Below are positions 38,187-51,345 of a stretch of 64,000 nucleotides of DNA, in pieces. Origin of the DNA: Octopus bimaculoides (Eukaryota); assembly GCF_001194135.2 (NCBI RefSeq), contig NC_068983.1, positions 30,735,234-30,799,233 on the forward strand. The letters are read 5' to 3'. Made by a program: the position numbers and the translations under genes. Numbering within the stretch: the stretch's first letter is position 1; each line of letters opens with the position of its first letter. Under the pieces are notes generated by a model that was given only the letters and a program-made list of their open reading frames with translations, searched no databases and was not told the DNA's origin.

Positions 38187-39445
38187 NNNNNNNNNNNNNN
38201 NNNNNNNNNNNNNNNNNNNNNNNNNNNNNNNNNNNNNNNNNNNNNNNNNNNNNNNNNNNNNNNNNNNNNNNNNNNNNNNNNNNNNNNNNNNNNNNNNNNN
38301 NNNNNNNNNNNNNNNNNNNNNNNNNNNNNNNNNNNNNNNNNNNNNNNNNNNNNNNNNNNNNNNNNNNNNNNNNNNNNNNNNNNNNNNNNNNNNNNNNNNN
38401 NNNNNNNNNNNNNNNNNNNNNNNNNNNNNNNNNNNNNNNNNNNNNNNNNNNNNNNNNNNNNNNNNNNNNNNNNNNNNNNNNNNNNNNNNNNNNNNNNNNN
38501 NNNNNNNNNNNNNNNNNNNNNNNNNNNNNNNNNNNNNNNNNNNNNNNNNNNNNNNNNNNNNNNNNNNNNNATATATATATATATATATTTGAAGGTTTGG
38601 AAGTGATGTACAGAAATTATATAGAAAACAATTTTAATTAAGGTACTCAGAAACCTGGATGTTTGTACATTTACAGATTTTTATTAATGTCACATATTAA
38701 ATGAAGCGCTTTTCACCTAGTCGTGTAGGTTTTTCACACATATGACTGAATCAAGTCTCAGTAAATTGCTGGTATTGATGCTGGAGAGATGAAAGGCCAA
38801 ATCAGTTTTCATGGAATTTAAACTCAGAACATAAAGAGATGCATCTAAATATTGAATGACTTTTTCTCTTTTTCTCTGTTGATGTATTGCTCAAACATCC
38901 ACCATCCTCTAGACCTAAAATAATAACACTGGTGGTGGTAATTAGCTCATAATAATTTTTATCTATTAAAAATATAATAATGATCCTTCTTGATATGTAT
39001 GTGTAAGCAAATGAGTATGTATATGAGTGTGTATACATGCATATATACATTCATGATGGTTAATTTATAGATACACTGTAAGCAACTACACAAAAAATCC
39101 CCTGACAAAAATAAAGGCTTCATCTTAATTATTTACCAGCATAAATCTGAACACTCATTGCTATCAACTATGTATGACTCTTACTTGACATTAAAATCCT
39201 ATTAAAATTATATCACACAGCACCCCCAGAAAATCTGTTTTTATGCTTCCTAGTGTATACAAGAAGATTGAATCTTCATTGGCTTCTCCTCCTCCTTCAC
39301 CTCCCCCTTTCTTTGGCAGTCTTTAATTAGCTGATGTGCTAAACAACATAAAGAAACATAGACCATACACACATTCCAGATATCTATGTAGAGTTAAATA
39401 CTTTTTCATGTGAAACCCAGACTTCTTTCAGAAAGTCACACTTAA

Positions 39446-39670
39446 CCCTTTTGTTACCATATTTCTGTTGAAATATACTACCTTTGTTGCAATTACTTTT
39501 GAAAAGAATATTAAAAAATTTAGTAAAATGACTTTGTCATTATTAAACTGGTATTTGGAACATAAATTAAGATGAAATGTTGTTTGAAGTTTATAATTTA
39601 CATCACTTTAAGACAGGAAATCTGTATCATAGAAATAGGAGTGACCTCAGGTAGAACAGTATTAAAAGAG
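39446..39670. mobile_element. Second piggyBac-like MITE family
   Basis: TTAA on both sides (39442-39445, 39671-39674); TIR cccttttgttac / gtattaaaagag; partial relatives at about 30250 and 47865. Confidence 0.7.
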
Positions 39671-39685
39671 TTAATATCAGCCCTC

Positions 39686-39724
<39 letters not shown>

Positions 39725-39811
39725 NNNNNNNNNNNNNNNNNNNNNNNNNNNNAAAACTCAATTAAAATAAATTTATAAAAAATTAAAATTAAATTGAGCT
39801 TTATAGATAAA

Positions 39812-39984
39812 ATATATATAAAATATATAGTTTTAGGGAAAATAACCAAGTTTCAAGAACTCATCATATTATACTCATTTATTGTGCTTTTAATTATTAA
39901 TTTTTCTATATGTGATAGTGGATTTTCATCGATGAGTTCTTGAAACTTGGTTATTTTCACTAAAACTATATATTTTATATATAT
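39812..39984. repeat. Inverted repeat: 54-bp arms (1 mismatch), 65-bp spacer
   Basis: Arms 39812-39865 and 39931-39984. Confidence 0.92.
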
Positions 39985-40626
39985 ATATATATATATGTAT
40001 GTATATATATATATACGCACACACATTAGCGAATCACTAAATTATCCAATAATTTGGATGATGAAAACATAAAAGCATAAACTGCAAAGCAGGTCCAGAA
40101 AAAGCTGAACAGTTGAGTGGGCTTAACTGATGAGGCAGCAGAAACTTCTGATACTGACATCAGTATTAAGAATTCTTGATCAGCATTTTTCAAACAATTA
40201 TGGTTCCTGTTAGTGTATATGTTTTCATTCATGTGTGTTAACTATAGCATAAGAACACTTTAGCTTTTATTTCTAGCAATGTAGGCGTTTCCTAAAACCC
40301 TAGTGACATTTATGGACAATTATTATTCTCCTTTTTGGTGTAACATTGCTAACTGCTGTTAATATTAATTTATATANNNNNNNNNNNNNNNNNNNNNNNN
40401 NNNNNNNNNNNNNNNNNNNNNNNNNNNNNNNNNNNNNNNNNNNNNNNNNNNNNNNNNNNNNNNNNNNNNNNNNNNNNNNNNNNNNNNNNNNNNNNNNNNN
40501 NNNNNNNNNNNNNNNNNNNNNNNNNNNNNNNNNNNNNNNNNNNNNNNNNNNNNNNNNNNNNNNNNNNNNNNNNNNNNNNNNNNNNNNNNNNNNNNNNNNN
40601 NNNNNNNNNNNNNTATATATATATAT

Positions 40627-40850
40627 ATGGCGTGGCCGTTGCCAGTACCGCCTGACTGGCCTTCATGCCAGTGGCACGTAAAAGCACCCACTACACTCTC
40701 TGAGTGGTTGGCATTAGGAAGGGCATCCAGCTGTAGAAGCTCTGCCAAATCAGATTGGAGCCTGGTGTAGCCATCTGGTTCACCAGTCCTCAGTCAAATC
40801 GTCCAACCCATGCTAGCATGGAAAGCGGACGTTAAATGATGATGATGATA
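40627..40850 (+). mobile_element. RTE 3' UTR (family D), young
   Basis: Closely similar to 1545-1728, ending gcggacgttaaat(gat)n. Confidence 0.9.
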
Positions 40851-41182
40851 TATGATAGACTACTTTCAGTTTCCATCTAGCAAGTCCACTCAGAACACTT
40901 TTGTTGGGCTTTAGTAGAGGACACCTGCACAAGGTGTCACACAATGGCGCTGAACTGAAAACAACCTGGCCAAGAAGCAAAATTCCTAATTTTACTGTCA
41001 CACCTGCAAGTAGTCACGTCTACAACTAGATATACAGTCTGAAAAAAGAAAAAAAAGCAGGCTTGTCATAGCTGAAATATCTTTGATAATAAATCTCATT
41101 ATACTGGCTGACATAGGTATCAATAAATGGTTTTGTTTATAATCTGTGATATCATTGCTCAATTTCACTATGATATCACATG

Positions 41183-41400
41183 TGGAGGTATGTGGCCTAG
41201 TGGTTAGGGTGTTGCACTCATGATCATGAGATTGTGGTTTTGATTCCTGGACAGGGTAGTACATTCTGTTCTTGAGTAAAGCACCTCATTTCACATTGCT
41301 GGCAAAAATGAGCTATCCTCCAAGGACTGGCATCCCATCCATGATGGGAAATATATATATATAGTGCAGAATCTGGGAAACAGGTCTTATGAGCCTATGA
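41183..41400 (+). mobile_element. SINE A variant (head-2-like, CORE-like body, tail Y), decayed
   Basis: tggcctagtggttaggg head, cttgagtaaagcac..ctggcaaaaatgag body, ggactggcatcccatcc..atgagcct tail. Confidence 0.6.
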
Positions 41401-42234
41401 TTCACATAATACTACACCTCTTTTATTTTTATCCTACTTTTATGAGCCAAAATGAAAGGATTCGTGGGTCTCTCAAACAACTAGAAATAGCAGACGAATT
41501 ACCCTTGAAGAAAATCCAGCAGTTTTATAAAAAAAAAAAAAAAACAGCACTTCTGAATACAATGGATTATGAAGTCTGATGTATGAAGAACAAATTATGC
41601 AATGAGCTTGACAGGAACATTTTCAGTTATAAACCTGTGAATGTTATTTTCCCCCTCTTACAAAGCCATGGAAATAAAAACCTCATTCTTATTAAATATA
41701 GTGTTAGCCATGAGTTATAAACAATCACGTCCTTTTATACCTCTTTAAGACTCCCCCCCTCTCTCTCCTCATATAAATCATTATTGTGGCTTTTGCTCAT
41801 AACCTTTACAACCTTTTACTTTTGCTTTTAACCCTTTGCAAGCCTTGACCAAAGTAATGTTGTTCGTCTTTGACATGAATAAAACCTTTTAGCCTCGCAT
41901 GAATATTTTCTGGCAAATTGTCTAGATAAAGCATTTACCGAGCCAACAAAATCTCTCGGTATGCTAGAAATATTAGTTAAATTCCTTCAAATAACACCCC
42001 ACAATCTTAAAAAATGATAGACCACATTAGATAGTGTTGTTCAAGATAATCTTAAAAGGACATGATGAACAAAGCTGAAATACTTTTGATTTTTGATCTG
42101 TTCTCTCAAGATTTAACAGGAGATTAAAACAACAACAGATCATCCCTAAAAACACACTGGACTAACTTAGACCTCTTTTAATAATTAATACTATCCTCTA
42201 GTCTATTTAACCTGAGAAAGTATCCAGACAAACA

Positions 42235-43045
42235 GAAGAAATGCCAGAAATGTTTAGAGGAGATATGAATATCAGCAACTTTAGATATGCAGGAGATACT
42301 GCCTCATTAACTTTCAACAAAGATGACCTGCAGAACCTTGCAACTACAGTACAGGACAAAGGAATGCTTTGTGAGATGAAAATGAATGTAAAGAAAAGTA
42401 AATCAGTGGTAATCAGTAAGAAACAAAGAAAGCTACTAAAAATACATATTACAATTGAAGGAAAGCCAGATGAACAGATACAACAAAGAACAATATATCT
42501 GGGATACATTGAGAAAATAGGAAATGTGGAATAGATATCAAAAGAAAGATTGAAATAGTTTGAAAATCATTTGGGAAAAAATGTTCAACATATTAGCATC
42601 AAGAAATATTAATACTGAATACAGAAAAAACATTCTTAAAATGTTATGTATGATCCATTCTATCATATGGAGCTGGAAATGGACATTAACAAAAGCATTA
42701 ACTAATAGATTAGAAGCCTTTGAGACGTGGACTTATCGAAGAATATTGAGAATATCATGGACAGAACATATAATGAATGATGATGTATAAAGAATGGTAA
42801 AAACTGAGAAAATCTTATGAGACACCATCAAAAAGAGAAAACTAAAATATTTTGGACATTTACTTTGAAAAAATAGTTTACACTGCTAATAGAAGGAAAA
42901 TGAAAAAGTAAAGAGGAACACCAAGAATTATGTTAAAAAAAAACACAGAGCAAACTTAGAATATAGTAGATGGATAATGACAGCACAAGAAAGACCAAGA
43001 TTGCAATCCATGATATTCAAACAGCTATGAGTGGCAGATATCTAA
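42235..43045 (+). mobile_element. Decayed RTE-clade LINE ORF2 (RT C-terminal half to 3' end) with frameshifts and stops
   Basis: NISNFRYAGDTA (cf. NNLRYADDT), MKMNVKKSK, IYLGY, RLEAFETWTYRRILRISWTEH, KRKLKYFGH. Confidence 0.85.
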
Positions 43046-43139
43046 TGAAAATGACAGTTAACCTTGATTTAATTCAAATTTTGGTCTGAGGCACTAAATT
43101 CAGTAATACTAGGCAGAAGGTATAGTCATCTTTCTCTTC

Positions 43140-43400
43140 TTTGCTCTATGCCACATTGCTCATGGACATTAATTCCAATTCAAGAGCACAGCATGTCTTT
43201 CATTGGAGTTTTCATGGCTGCAGTCTTGGACCAGCTGCAGGGTTTGCCAGCCCATGTAAAGGATGTTTTTAGGAGACTCCATTGGATGGCCATTGGCTCA
43301 CATTGAGCCCATCATTCCTTTGCTTTTTGTCCAGTAGAGTGTCTACAACACCTTTATCACCTGTCAGGCCAGGTGGGAAAGCTGGTTTAATTACCAACCA
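43140..43400 (-). mobile_element. Decayed RTE C-terminal remnant
   Basis: Minus strand SPKNILY..PRLQ..KDM resembles IPKDILYGEL..GRPxLRYKD. Confidence 0.35.
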
Positions 43401-44051
43401 CCCAAACATGGCAAAGGTATAGACATGGCTGTATGGTTAAGTTGTTTGCTCTATAGCCATTTTGCCTTTGGTCCAGTTGTACTGCATACACATATATGCA
43501 CACAAATAGATATGTCCTAAAGAGACATATTCACATGAAGTAGAAGCGCAGGTGCATGCATCTATATATAGGCACACACTAAGTCAACCACATTTTCCAC
43601 ATATTTACAAACACTGGGAACTGTCTTAGCTCAAAATGTCATGTCACTTTCTTAGCAACTGACTTGAACTTCATGAAGAACTTAAATAAATCTTTAAGAA
43701 AGCACACACACACACACACACACATTCACTCACACATACATACATATGTGTGCATGTGTGTTTGCATGAAAGTTGCCATTTCTGTGACTCATATGAGACC
43801 GGCTAAGTGAAAAACTGCCATTATGTTTACATTCTTGGTGAATATTGCATCCTACAACTCTATGTCCTGAAAGTAGAGGAGGAAAAAAAACCCATTTCTT
43901 GTAATACAGGAAAGGCTTAGCAGCAAAAAGAGTAACTGGTAGCAAGAATAGTGCCTTAAATAAGTACCTATCTAACACATCCCAGCTTAGAAAAAGATAT
44001 GTAAAACCAATAAATTAAGAATGGCCTCTTGACTTCTTTTATAGTTATTAG

Positions 44052-44172
44052 AGTACAAGATGCAGCATCTGTGGTCATTGCACTGTTTTTGAGATTGGCT
44101 CTGTTAATGCAATGGAATATCTGCAGGTTGGTGTCTATGAAGGAGGAGTTCCAGAAGATAAGTCTTGCAAGG
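44052..44172 (+). CDS. Candidate internal exon of an unknown gene (unconfirmed)
   Basis: Pyrimidine-rich acceptor ttcttttatagttattAG, donor AGG|gtgaaa, open frame STRCSICGHCTVFEIGSVNAMEYLQVGVYEGGVPEDKSCK; no homologue recognised. Confidence 0.2.
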
Positions 44173-44834
44173 GTGAAAGAACATGGTTAAATATTTAATG
44201 TTAGCTTATAGCAATCACCATGCAATAACCAAGGAAAATTAGACTGTTTTCCTCAGTCATTGCACAATGATCGCTATAAGCTTTAAACTTATATAAATAC
44301 CATTATTATTATTTACAGGATTGTAAAACTAAGCACTGTATAACAAAACCATTCGCATTTAATGTTAGGTTTAAAAACAGATTAGATTTACAAGAGGACT
44401 GATAAACAATAAAGGGGACAACTAGAGAAGGGAGCAGGCGTTTCAAGTGGGCTTAGATGTAGGTACTAAGTAACCTAATAGCTTAAAGTAAAGGCTCTTA
44501 GCATGAGTTGTACCACCCCACTGGTCTAAGGGAGTGTTAGGCTTCAGGAGGCAGTGAGATGGTTGGTGAGGTAACATAATTAATATACTAAATTTTACCT
44601 AGAGTAGTAATTATATTATACATGATAAAAGTAGTAATAGTTATTAAGATAAAATGAGAAATAAGTAGTGTACTACTATTTCAAGCAGATCAAGCAATTG
44701 TACAGAATCTACTCAATTGTTTGACCTGATAAAAAAAATTTAACAAGATCTCATTAAGTCCAGGGAAGCCATTAACTTGTGTCATATAAAGTAAATTTGC
44801 TACTTTTGTTTTTATTCATTTTTTATCACTTTAA

Positions 44835-45061
44835 CCATTTAGCGTTTAAACTAATCATATCTGGCCCAAATATTCTACTTGTATTATATTCAAATTGACC
44901 AGATCTCTCACATGTATTCTCACATGTATTCTGCAATATCATTCTAAAAATAAACAACCACATTGACAAAATTTCAAAGCTACATGATAATGCATGAGTA
45001 ATTTCAAATGATGTGAATATACAAGCATTACATTTGACAGAGTAATCTGTATGCTGAGGGG
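44835..45061. mobile_element. piggyBac-like MITE
   Basis: TTAA at 44831-44834 and 45062-45065; TIR ccatttagcgt / atgctgagggg; three copies in window. Confidence 0.8.
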
Positions 45062-45208
45062 TTAAAACTTATGCAATCCATTTTCTGAGTAAAATTTATA
45101 AATTATTATCCATGTTAAATTAGTTGTGTAATGATACATCACTCACCACTCTAGGTGGGCTCTAGGCATAACAGCTTCCTAAAAAGGGATACAACAAAAA
45201 AAAAGTTA

Positions 45209-45660
45209 AGGAGTGGCTGTGTGGTAAGTAGCTTGCTTACTAACCACATGGTTCTGGGTTCAGTCCCACTGCATGGCACCTTGGGCAAGTGTCTTCTACT
45301 ATAGCCTTGAGCCGACCAAAGTNNNNNNNNNNTGGGCAAGTGTCTTCTACTATAGCCTTGAGCCGACCAAAGTCTTGTGAGTGGATTTGGTAGGCGGAAA
45401 CTGAAAGAAGCCCGTCGTATATATGTATATATAATATATATATGTGTGTGTGTGTGTGTGTTTGTCCTTCCACCATCACTTGACAACCGATTCTGGTGTG
45501 TTTACATCCTCGTAACTTAGCGGTTCAGCAAAAAGAGACCGATAGAATAAGTACTAGGCTTACAAAGAATAAGTCCTGGGGGTCGATTTTCTTGACTAAA
45601 GGCGGTGCTCCAGTATGGCTGCAGTCAAATGACTGAAACAAGTAAAAGGGTAAAAGAGTA
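45209..45660 (+). mobile_element. Young SINE family C
   Basis: CpG-rich, closely matches 19915-20332; contains a small N gap. Confidence 0.92.
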
Positions 45661-47204
45661 ACCACTAGCTTAGAGGAACCGAAGCTGTTTTATTAGAGGT
45701 AGAAGAAACTGCTCATCTGTAATAAGCTTGTTGTAGTATGTTGTTGAGTGAGACTTAACTGCAAATAAAGCTTAATGATATTTTTTAAGAAGTGTAAGAC
45801 TTATGTGTTGAAGTTTAACAGTAGTAATACTCTCCCAGATATGTAAACATTTTCTACACCACATCATGTTAGAACCAAATGGAAATCAACTGAAGTTTCA
45901 CTTTTGCTTCTCTGTTTGTTTTCTTTCATTTTTTTAGTTTTGTTTGTTAATTTTTCCCCCTCTCTTGTAACTAACTATGTTACTATAATTGCAGCAAAAA
46001 TTGGAATGTTTCCTCATTTGCCCAAAGTGATGAAAACCTTGCTCTCTAAGGCATTCCAGGAACTTTTACATTTACACCAAATCAACAACACTCAATCATT
46101 TTTCTATTAGTAAAAAATGGCTTTGAACTTTGAAAATATTTCCTGACAGTTATTAACCAATGAAAGGTAGTAGAAGCTCATTTTACAGCTTTACAGCTGC
46201 TTTGAAAGTCTGTGGTGTTGAAACAGCTTATAACAAGCATAATTTCAATTTCAGTCATACGTTTAGAGTCACTACTATATCAGTAGATGAGCCACCAGTA
46301 TACTAACACAACAAGTACCTACCACACTACCACCATAAGTACTATTGTACTACTACTTCTACCACTAACCACACATAGTATCATCACTACTACATGTACA
46401 CAACTGCAGACACTATGATAACCATCATAGTTACAAATGCACGAGTGTAGCTATAACTGCTTTGATCTACCACGTCCATCATCACAATTACAACTACCTC
46501 CACATCATACTGCAACCACCACCACATCACATTAGTCATCCTAATACTACCAACACGACACAACTACTGTGGTAACTACCCTCACGTCACTACATTCACT
46601 ACCACATCCACTACTACACCAAATGGGCCAAAGACAAAACCTCTACATATCTACTTAATCTGCAAGTAATAGTAATTAAATCACAGATCACGTTATCGTT
46701 TTAAAGAAAGGACATATTGAGTAATGTTGTTCTGAGTTCTCTAAAATTAGGGGAAAAGATGGGATGACTATGTGTTATGTCTCAAGCTACTGCTATCCAT
46801 CACCTTCGGATGATCTCTACTCAACCACTACGCAACTGTTACTCGACTGCTACTCAACACTCCTACCACAGCCAGACTACCTCTATTTATGTGTCTTGGG
46901 AGATCCTACTTCTTCGCCTGGGGGCGTCTACACAACACTATGACTGGAGAGCTTTTGATCATAGGTCTGCTCTATTGGGGAAGACTTAGAGCTAAACAAC
47001 AAGACTATCAGAGCTACCATCACATCCACCAACACACTATCAATACTACAATCATTTGCTACAGCTTCATTAAGTATCAATTTCAATATTTTACATGGCA
47101 GTAGTGGTTGGCTTTGGTGGGATTTGAACTTGTAACCATAAAGTGCCAGAACAAATTCCACAAGGCATTTTGTCTAATGGTCTAAGGATTCTGCCAATCC
47201 ACTC

Positions 47205-47410
47205 TATCATCATCATCATTTAATGTCTGTTTTCCTCGCTGGTATGGGTTGGACAACTTGACAGGAGCTGGCAAATCAGAGGACTGCATCAAGTTCCATT
47301 GTCTGCTTTGGTACAGTTTCTACATGGTTCCTAACACAAACCATTTTACAGGTTGGACTGGGTGCTTTTTATGTGGCACCAGCACCCCTGTGCTTTTCCT
47401 GTGGCACTGA
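47205..47410 (-). mobile_element. RTE 3' tail (D/E-like)
   Basis: catcatcatttaatgtctgttttcc..ggcatgggtt-like reverse complement; similar copy at 51555-51800. Confidence 0.65.
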
Positions 47411-48574
47411 CATTATATATGTGTATGTGTGTATGAAAATAATGTATGTGTGTGTGTGTGTGATAATAATTGGGTCTGATTTAGGTAATTTTAGAAAAAA
47501 AGGTTAGCCAATTTAATCGTTCTTGCTATTTAACTGTCGGTTATCAACCCTGGAGGGATGAATGGCAAAATTAGGGTAGAATTTAAACACAAAACTTAGA
47601 ATTTAAACTCAGAATGTAAAGTGCCAGAAAAAATAATGCAAAGTATTTTCTCTGATGTCCTACCAAAAGTATATATTACTGTGGCTGTGCTTAGTAGATT
47701 TGAATTCATGATCATGCAATGAATAAGTTGACTTGTTATCAGCACAACAAATGAGATAAATATTTTCAGCAAGAGAATAATGAATGGGTAACACTCAAGT
47801 ATTACCAATGAGGAAGCCTCTATACAAATAGTAGCCAAATCTCACTCAAATCACAGTTTATTGATTTAACCCTTTTGTTATATTTCTTTGTTGCATTTAA
47901 ATTTTAAAATAAAGACGAATTTTAAGCTGGTTTTTGGAACATAAATTAGCATGAAATTTTCAGGGTCAATAAAATAAATATGAACTGAGCACTGGGGTTA
48001 ATTTAGTCATCTCAAACACCACCTTTTAAAAATTGCTGGCCTTGTGCCAAAATTTGAAACCATTATTGATATCATTCTTCATATTTTTGCCTTTGAGACA
48101 AGAAAGAGAGGAAGTACCAGACTAAATGCCGTTTGGTATTTAGTTTTATGCCAATCCATATCCCATAACCAGCAAGAGTCAATAAAATAAAAGTTAGTCT
48201 TGTTGTGGAGTTAATTCAGCTGTCTTTACTCCCACGACTGCAAACTCATGGCCTTCTGCAAGTGTAATAAACTACTGTTACTCTTGCTTTCAGCATTGCT
48301 TGGTTAGTGTAGCAGTTTTATGGACCAAGTGTCTTTCAAGTATCCTTTGTCTTATCATGTGACATCAAGTGGTTGAATTTTCAGTCTATCACAACCAACA
48401 CACACACACATATATGTATATATATGCATGTGTGTATTTGTATATACACACACACATACATGTATACTGACATATATGTATTATACATTTACTTACATAG
48501 AAACACATACACAGATATACAGATACATACACACACTTATATGTATATCAGATATATTGCTGTCAGCACAATTC

Positions 48575-48740
48575 AGTGAAATGTCGCTACCTGAACTTAA
48601 GCATTATTACGCAGGTGGTTTTGTTTTCCAAAGTGTCCAGAAAGATTTGAGGAAGATCATTGACGCAGAGAATAAGAGAAGTGGGGCTAGTAACAGATCT
48701 CTAAAAAGTATTTGGGTTGAGGAATCTGGGAATTAGAGCA
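48575..48740 (-). mobile_element. Probable decayed CR1/L2 RT fragment
   Basis: Minus frame RSVTSPTSLILCVNDLPQ resembles GSVLGPxLFxIYxNDLP. Confidence 0.4.
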
Positions 48741-48979
48741 GCAAACAACAAGCTATGATATGGTTGATATAAAACAAATGGATGTTTGTTATAGTATAGC
48801 TATAAGAAAGGTTGACTCATTGTTTAACAGTAAGCTTGCTGTGATCAAGTTAGACCTTTGCTAAAAAGTATTCCAGCTATGGCAATCATACCATTTTTTT
48901 TTTACAAGTATAGTTTATTCTATACTGTTCTATTCAGTGTTATGTTCCTTTTCTGAGATGGTATCTTGTAATTTAAGAG

Positions 48980-49045
48980 CATCATTATTATTGTCATCAT
49001 TATTATTGTCATCATTGTTATTGTCATCATTGTTATTGTCATCAT
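48980..49045 (+). repeat. 15-bp minisatellite (catcatt[a/g]ttattgt) x4
   Basis: Tandem units visible. Confidence 0.85.
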
Positions 49046-50238
49046 GTCTACTAACATCTGTGAGATTGGCGCGCAGCTGGCAAGCCTGTCAACCCCCACC
49101 CCTGAGAAGAGGGGATTTTTGCTAGTAGATGAAGGGTTAGGTATGTAACAAGGACATGAGGCAGAGAAGGTTATGGCTGTAGAGGGGTTACATGGTCACT
49201 CACATTTAGAAGAGAGTTAGAAATGAATGGTTAATAGCTGCAAAGAGACACATAGTGGTGATAAGCTGTCCAGGTGGCACCTCAAGGCATGAGGTAAGTA
49301 GAAGTGAATGGGGACAGAGAAACTAGGAGGTGGTGGGAGTTTGTAAGAATGTATGGAGAGAAACAGACAGGGAAAATGGGAGGCAGGAAACCCCTGAAAG
49401 AATTGGATAGGGTTGAAGAGTGGAGGCAGTGGGGAGAGGGATTGCCATTTATGTCTTGATTGGAAGATAATAATAATTTCTGTTATAGGCACAAGGCCTA
49501 AATTTAAAAAAATTTTTTGTCAGGTGGTGGTGGCAATCAATCACATCAGCTCCAACTGTTACTTTTTTTTTATCAAACCCAAAAGGATGTCAATCAACTT
49601 TGGTGGCATTTGAACTCAAATATAAAGAGCTGGAAGAAATACCACTAACCATTTTGCCTGGTGCAATAACGATTCTGCCAACTTGCCACCTTATGATGTC
49701 TTATAATGATAGCATCATTCCCAGTATAACACCAACAGTGGGCGTTGTTTATGGTAGCTCTACTTTACTTATAAAATACAAGATGTGGACAAGGTTTGAC
49801 TAAAACAGGCTGATAAATTTATCAGTTTGCCTAACCCTCAACAAAAATGTTTGTAATGGAACTCGAAACCCCATATTTCTCTAGTGTGTGTGTGTGTGTG
49901 AGAGAGAGGGGAGTCTTCATGAAGATAAGAAATACTTGTGGAATTGAATAAAAATATAAATGAAAGAGTAAACATGGGTTTTATGTTACTTCCAATACAA
50001 ACAAGTCCAAGAGAAATTTGTTGAGATGTTGGTTGGAGCAATTTAGGAATTATAAATTGTTGACAGAAGCAACTATAATAAATGATATTTAGCATATAAG
50101 TGTGTCTATCTATCTATCTACCTATCTATCTATCTATCTCTCTATATATACACACACACACACATATATATACATATCCATATACATATATATATATGTA
50201 TACATATGTATACACATGCACACACACACACACACATG

Positions 50239-50271
<33 letters not shown>

Positions 50272-50680
50272 GAGATAGCTCTGTATACCTTCATACAGAA
50301 ACATACATAAATGTAGACAGATGAATGTTATACTGCAAAAGCAAATTAAATCAAGAGCAAATCTGTTACTTCAAACATGCTAAAACATACACGAGCTAGA
50401 CTTAATCTAAATTCTGTAGAAAAAAAAAAGAAAAAAAAATGGAATAAAAAAAATAGAGATTTTAAAAAATGAGGAAATTCATGTAATGTGAAATGGTAAA
50501 CAAGTAGAATGCTGTTGAAATGAGAAGAATGAGAGTTTAAAATATGAGATAAACTTAACAAGATGAGATGTGAAGAGAGCAAAGAAAGCAATATTCAGTT
50601 GCCAACAGAAACTAGATTAATTGGAAAAGTACTTAGTTCTACCACTAAAAAACTATGGTTTTGGTAACTTGTGCATTAGC

Positions 50681-50722
<42 letters not shown>

Positions 50723-51119
50723 TTTCTATTTTTAGAACAGCATTTCAAAAGTTGAGGGTTTGGATCTTCATATTTTCATAGGATTTCTATGGTTTACAAC
50801 AAGAAGGAAAATCTTATTGGTAAATTTATTGAAAAGTAAAAATCAAACTGAGATGAAGGAGAATAAAAGAACAAGGAATCTGGGTAAAATTATGGTCAAG
50901 GACACAAGACATAACTAAAGGGTTAGGGTTAGGTACTATGAATACTTTCCTCCTCTAATGTTTTTTTGAATATATGAACTACTGACAATACACACACACA
51001 CATGTTCTTCACTTCACAATCAAATGGTTCCTCAATTAATCCCAGTGTGAGACAGCTTAGGTAAGTATTGACCCAGTAAGCATGGAAAACTGGATAATTA
51101 AATGACGATGAATTCTCTC

Positions 51120-51345
51120 ATCATTACTTCAGCAAGTTTTGTGAAGCTTGTACTTCCCTGATGAGATCATAATATGACTGAAACATGCTTGAAGTTGTCT
51201 TCCATTTGTGTTGAACACTTTTCATATCATAACATGTGGGGTTTTATTCACACTAGGCACCAAACTGTGTTTGCATTGGACTCAACTCAGTTTTCATGTC
51301 TGTCTTCATCTGTGGCCATAAATGTCGGATAATGACCAAAAGCGT
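51120..51345 (+). mobile_element. Probable Penelope-type terminal fragment with hammerhead-like core
   Basis: acttc-c-CTGATGA-gatcat-aat-atgact-GAAAC-atgctt-gaagt; element boundaries approximate. Confidence 0.4.

Noticed and set aside
40126-40148. CTGATGAG..GAAAC hammerhead-like words
   Set aside because: No stem II or stem I pairing; likely chance
45282-45373. About 40-bp duplication inside a SINE C copy across a short N gap
   Set aside because: Typical unmerged contig overlap artefact
48576-48736. Plus-strand ORF MSLPELKHYYAGGFVFQ.. as a host exon
   Set aside because: The opposite strand resembles a CR1/L2 RT motif, so the ORF is probably its antisense shadow
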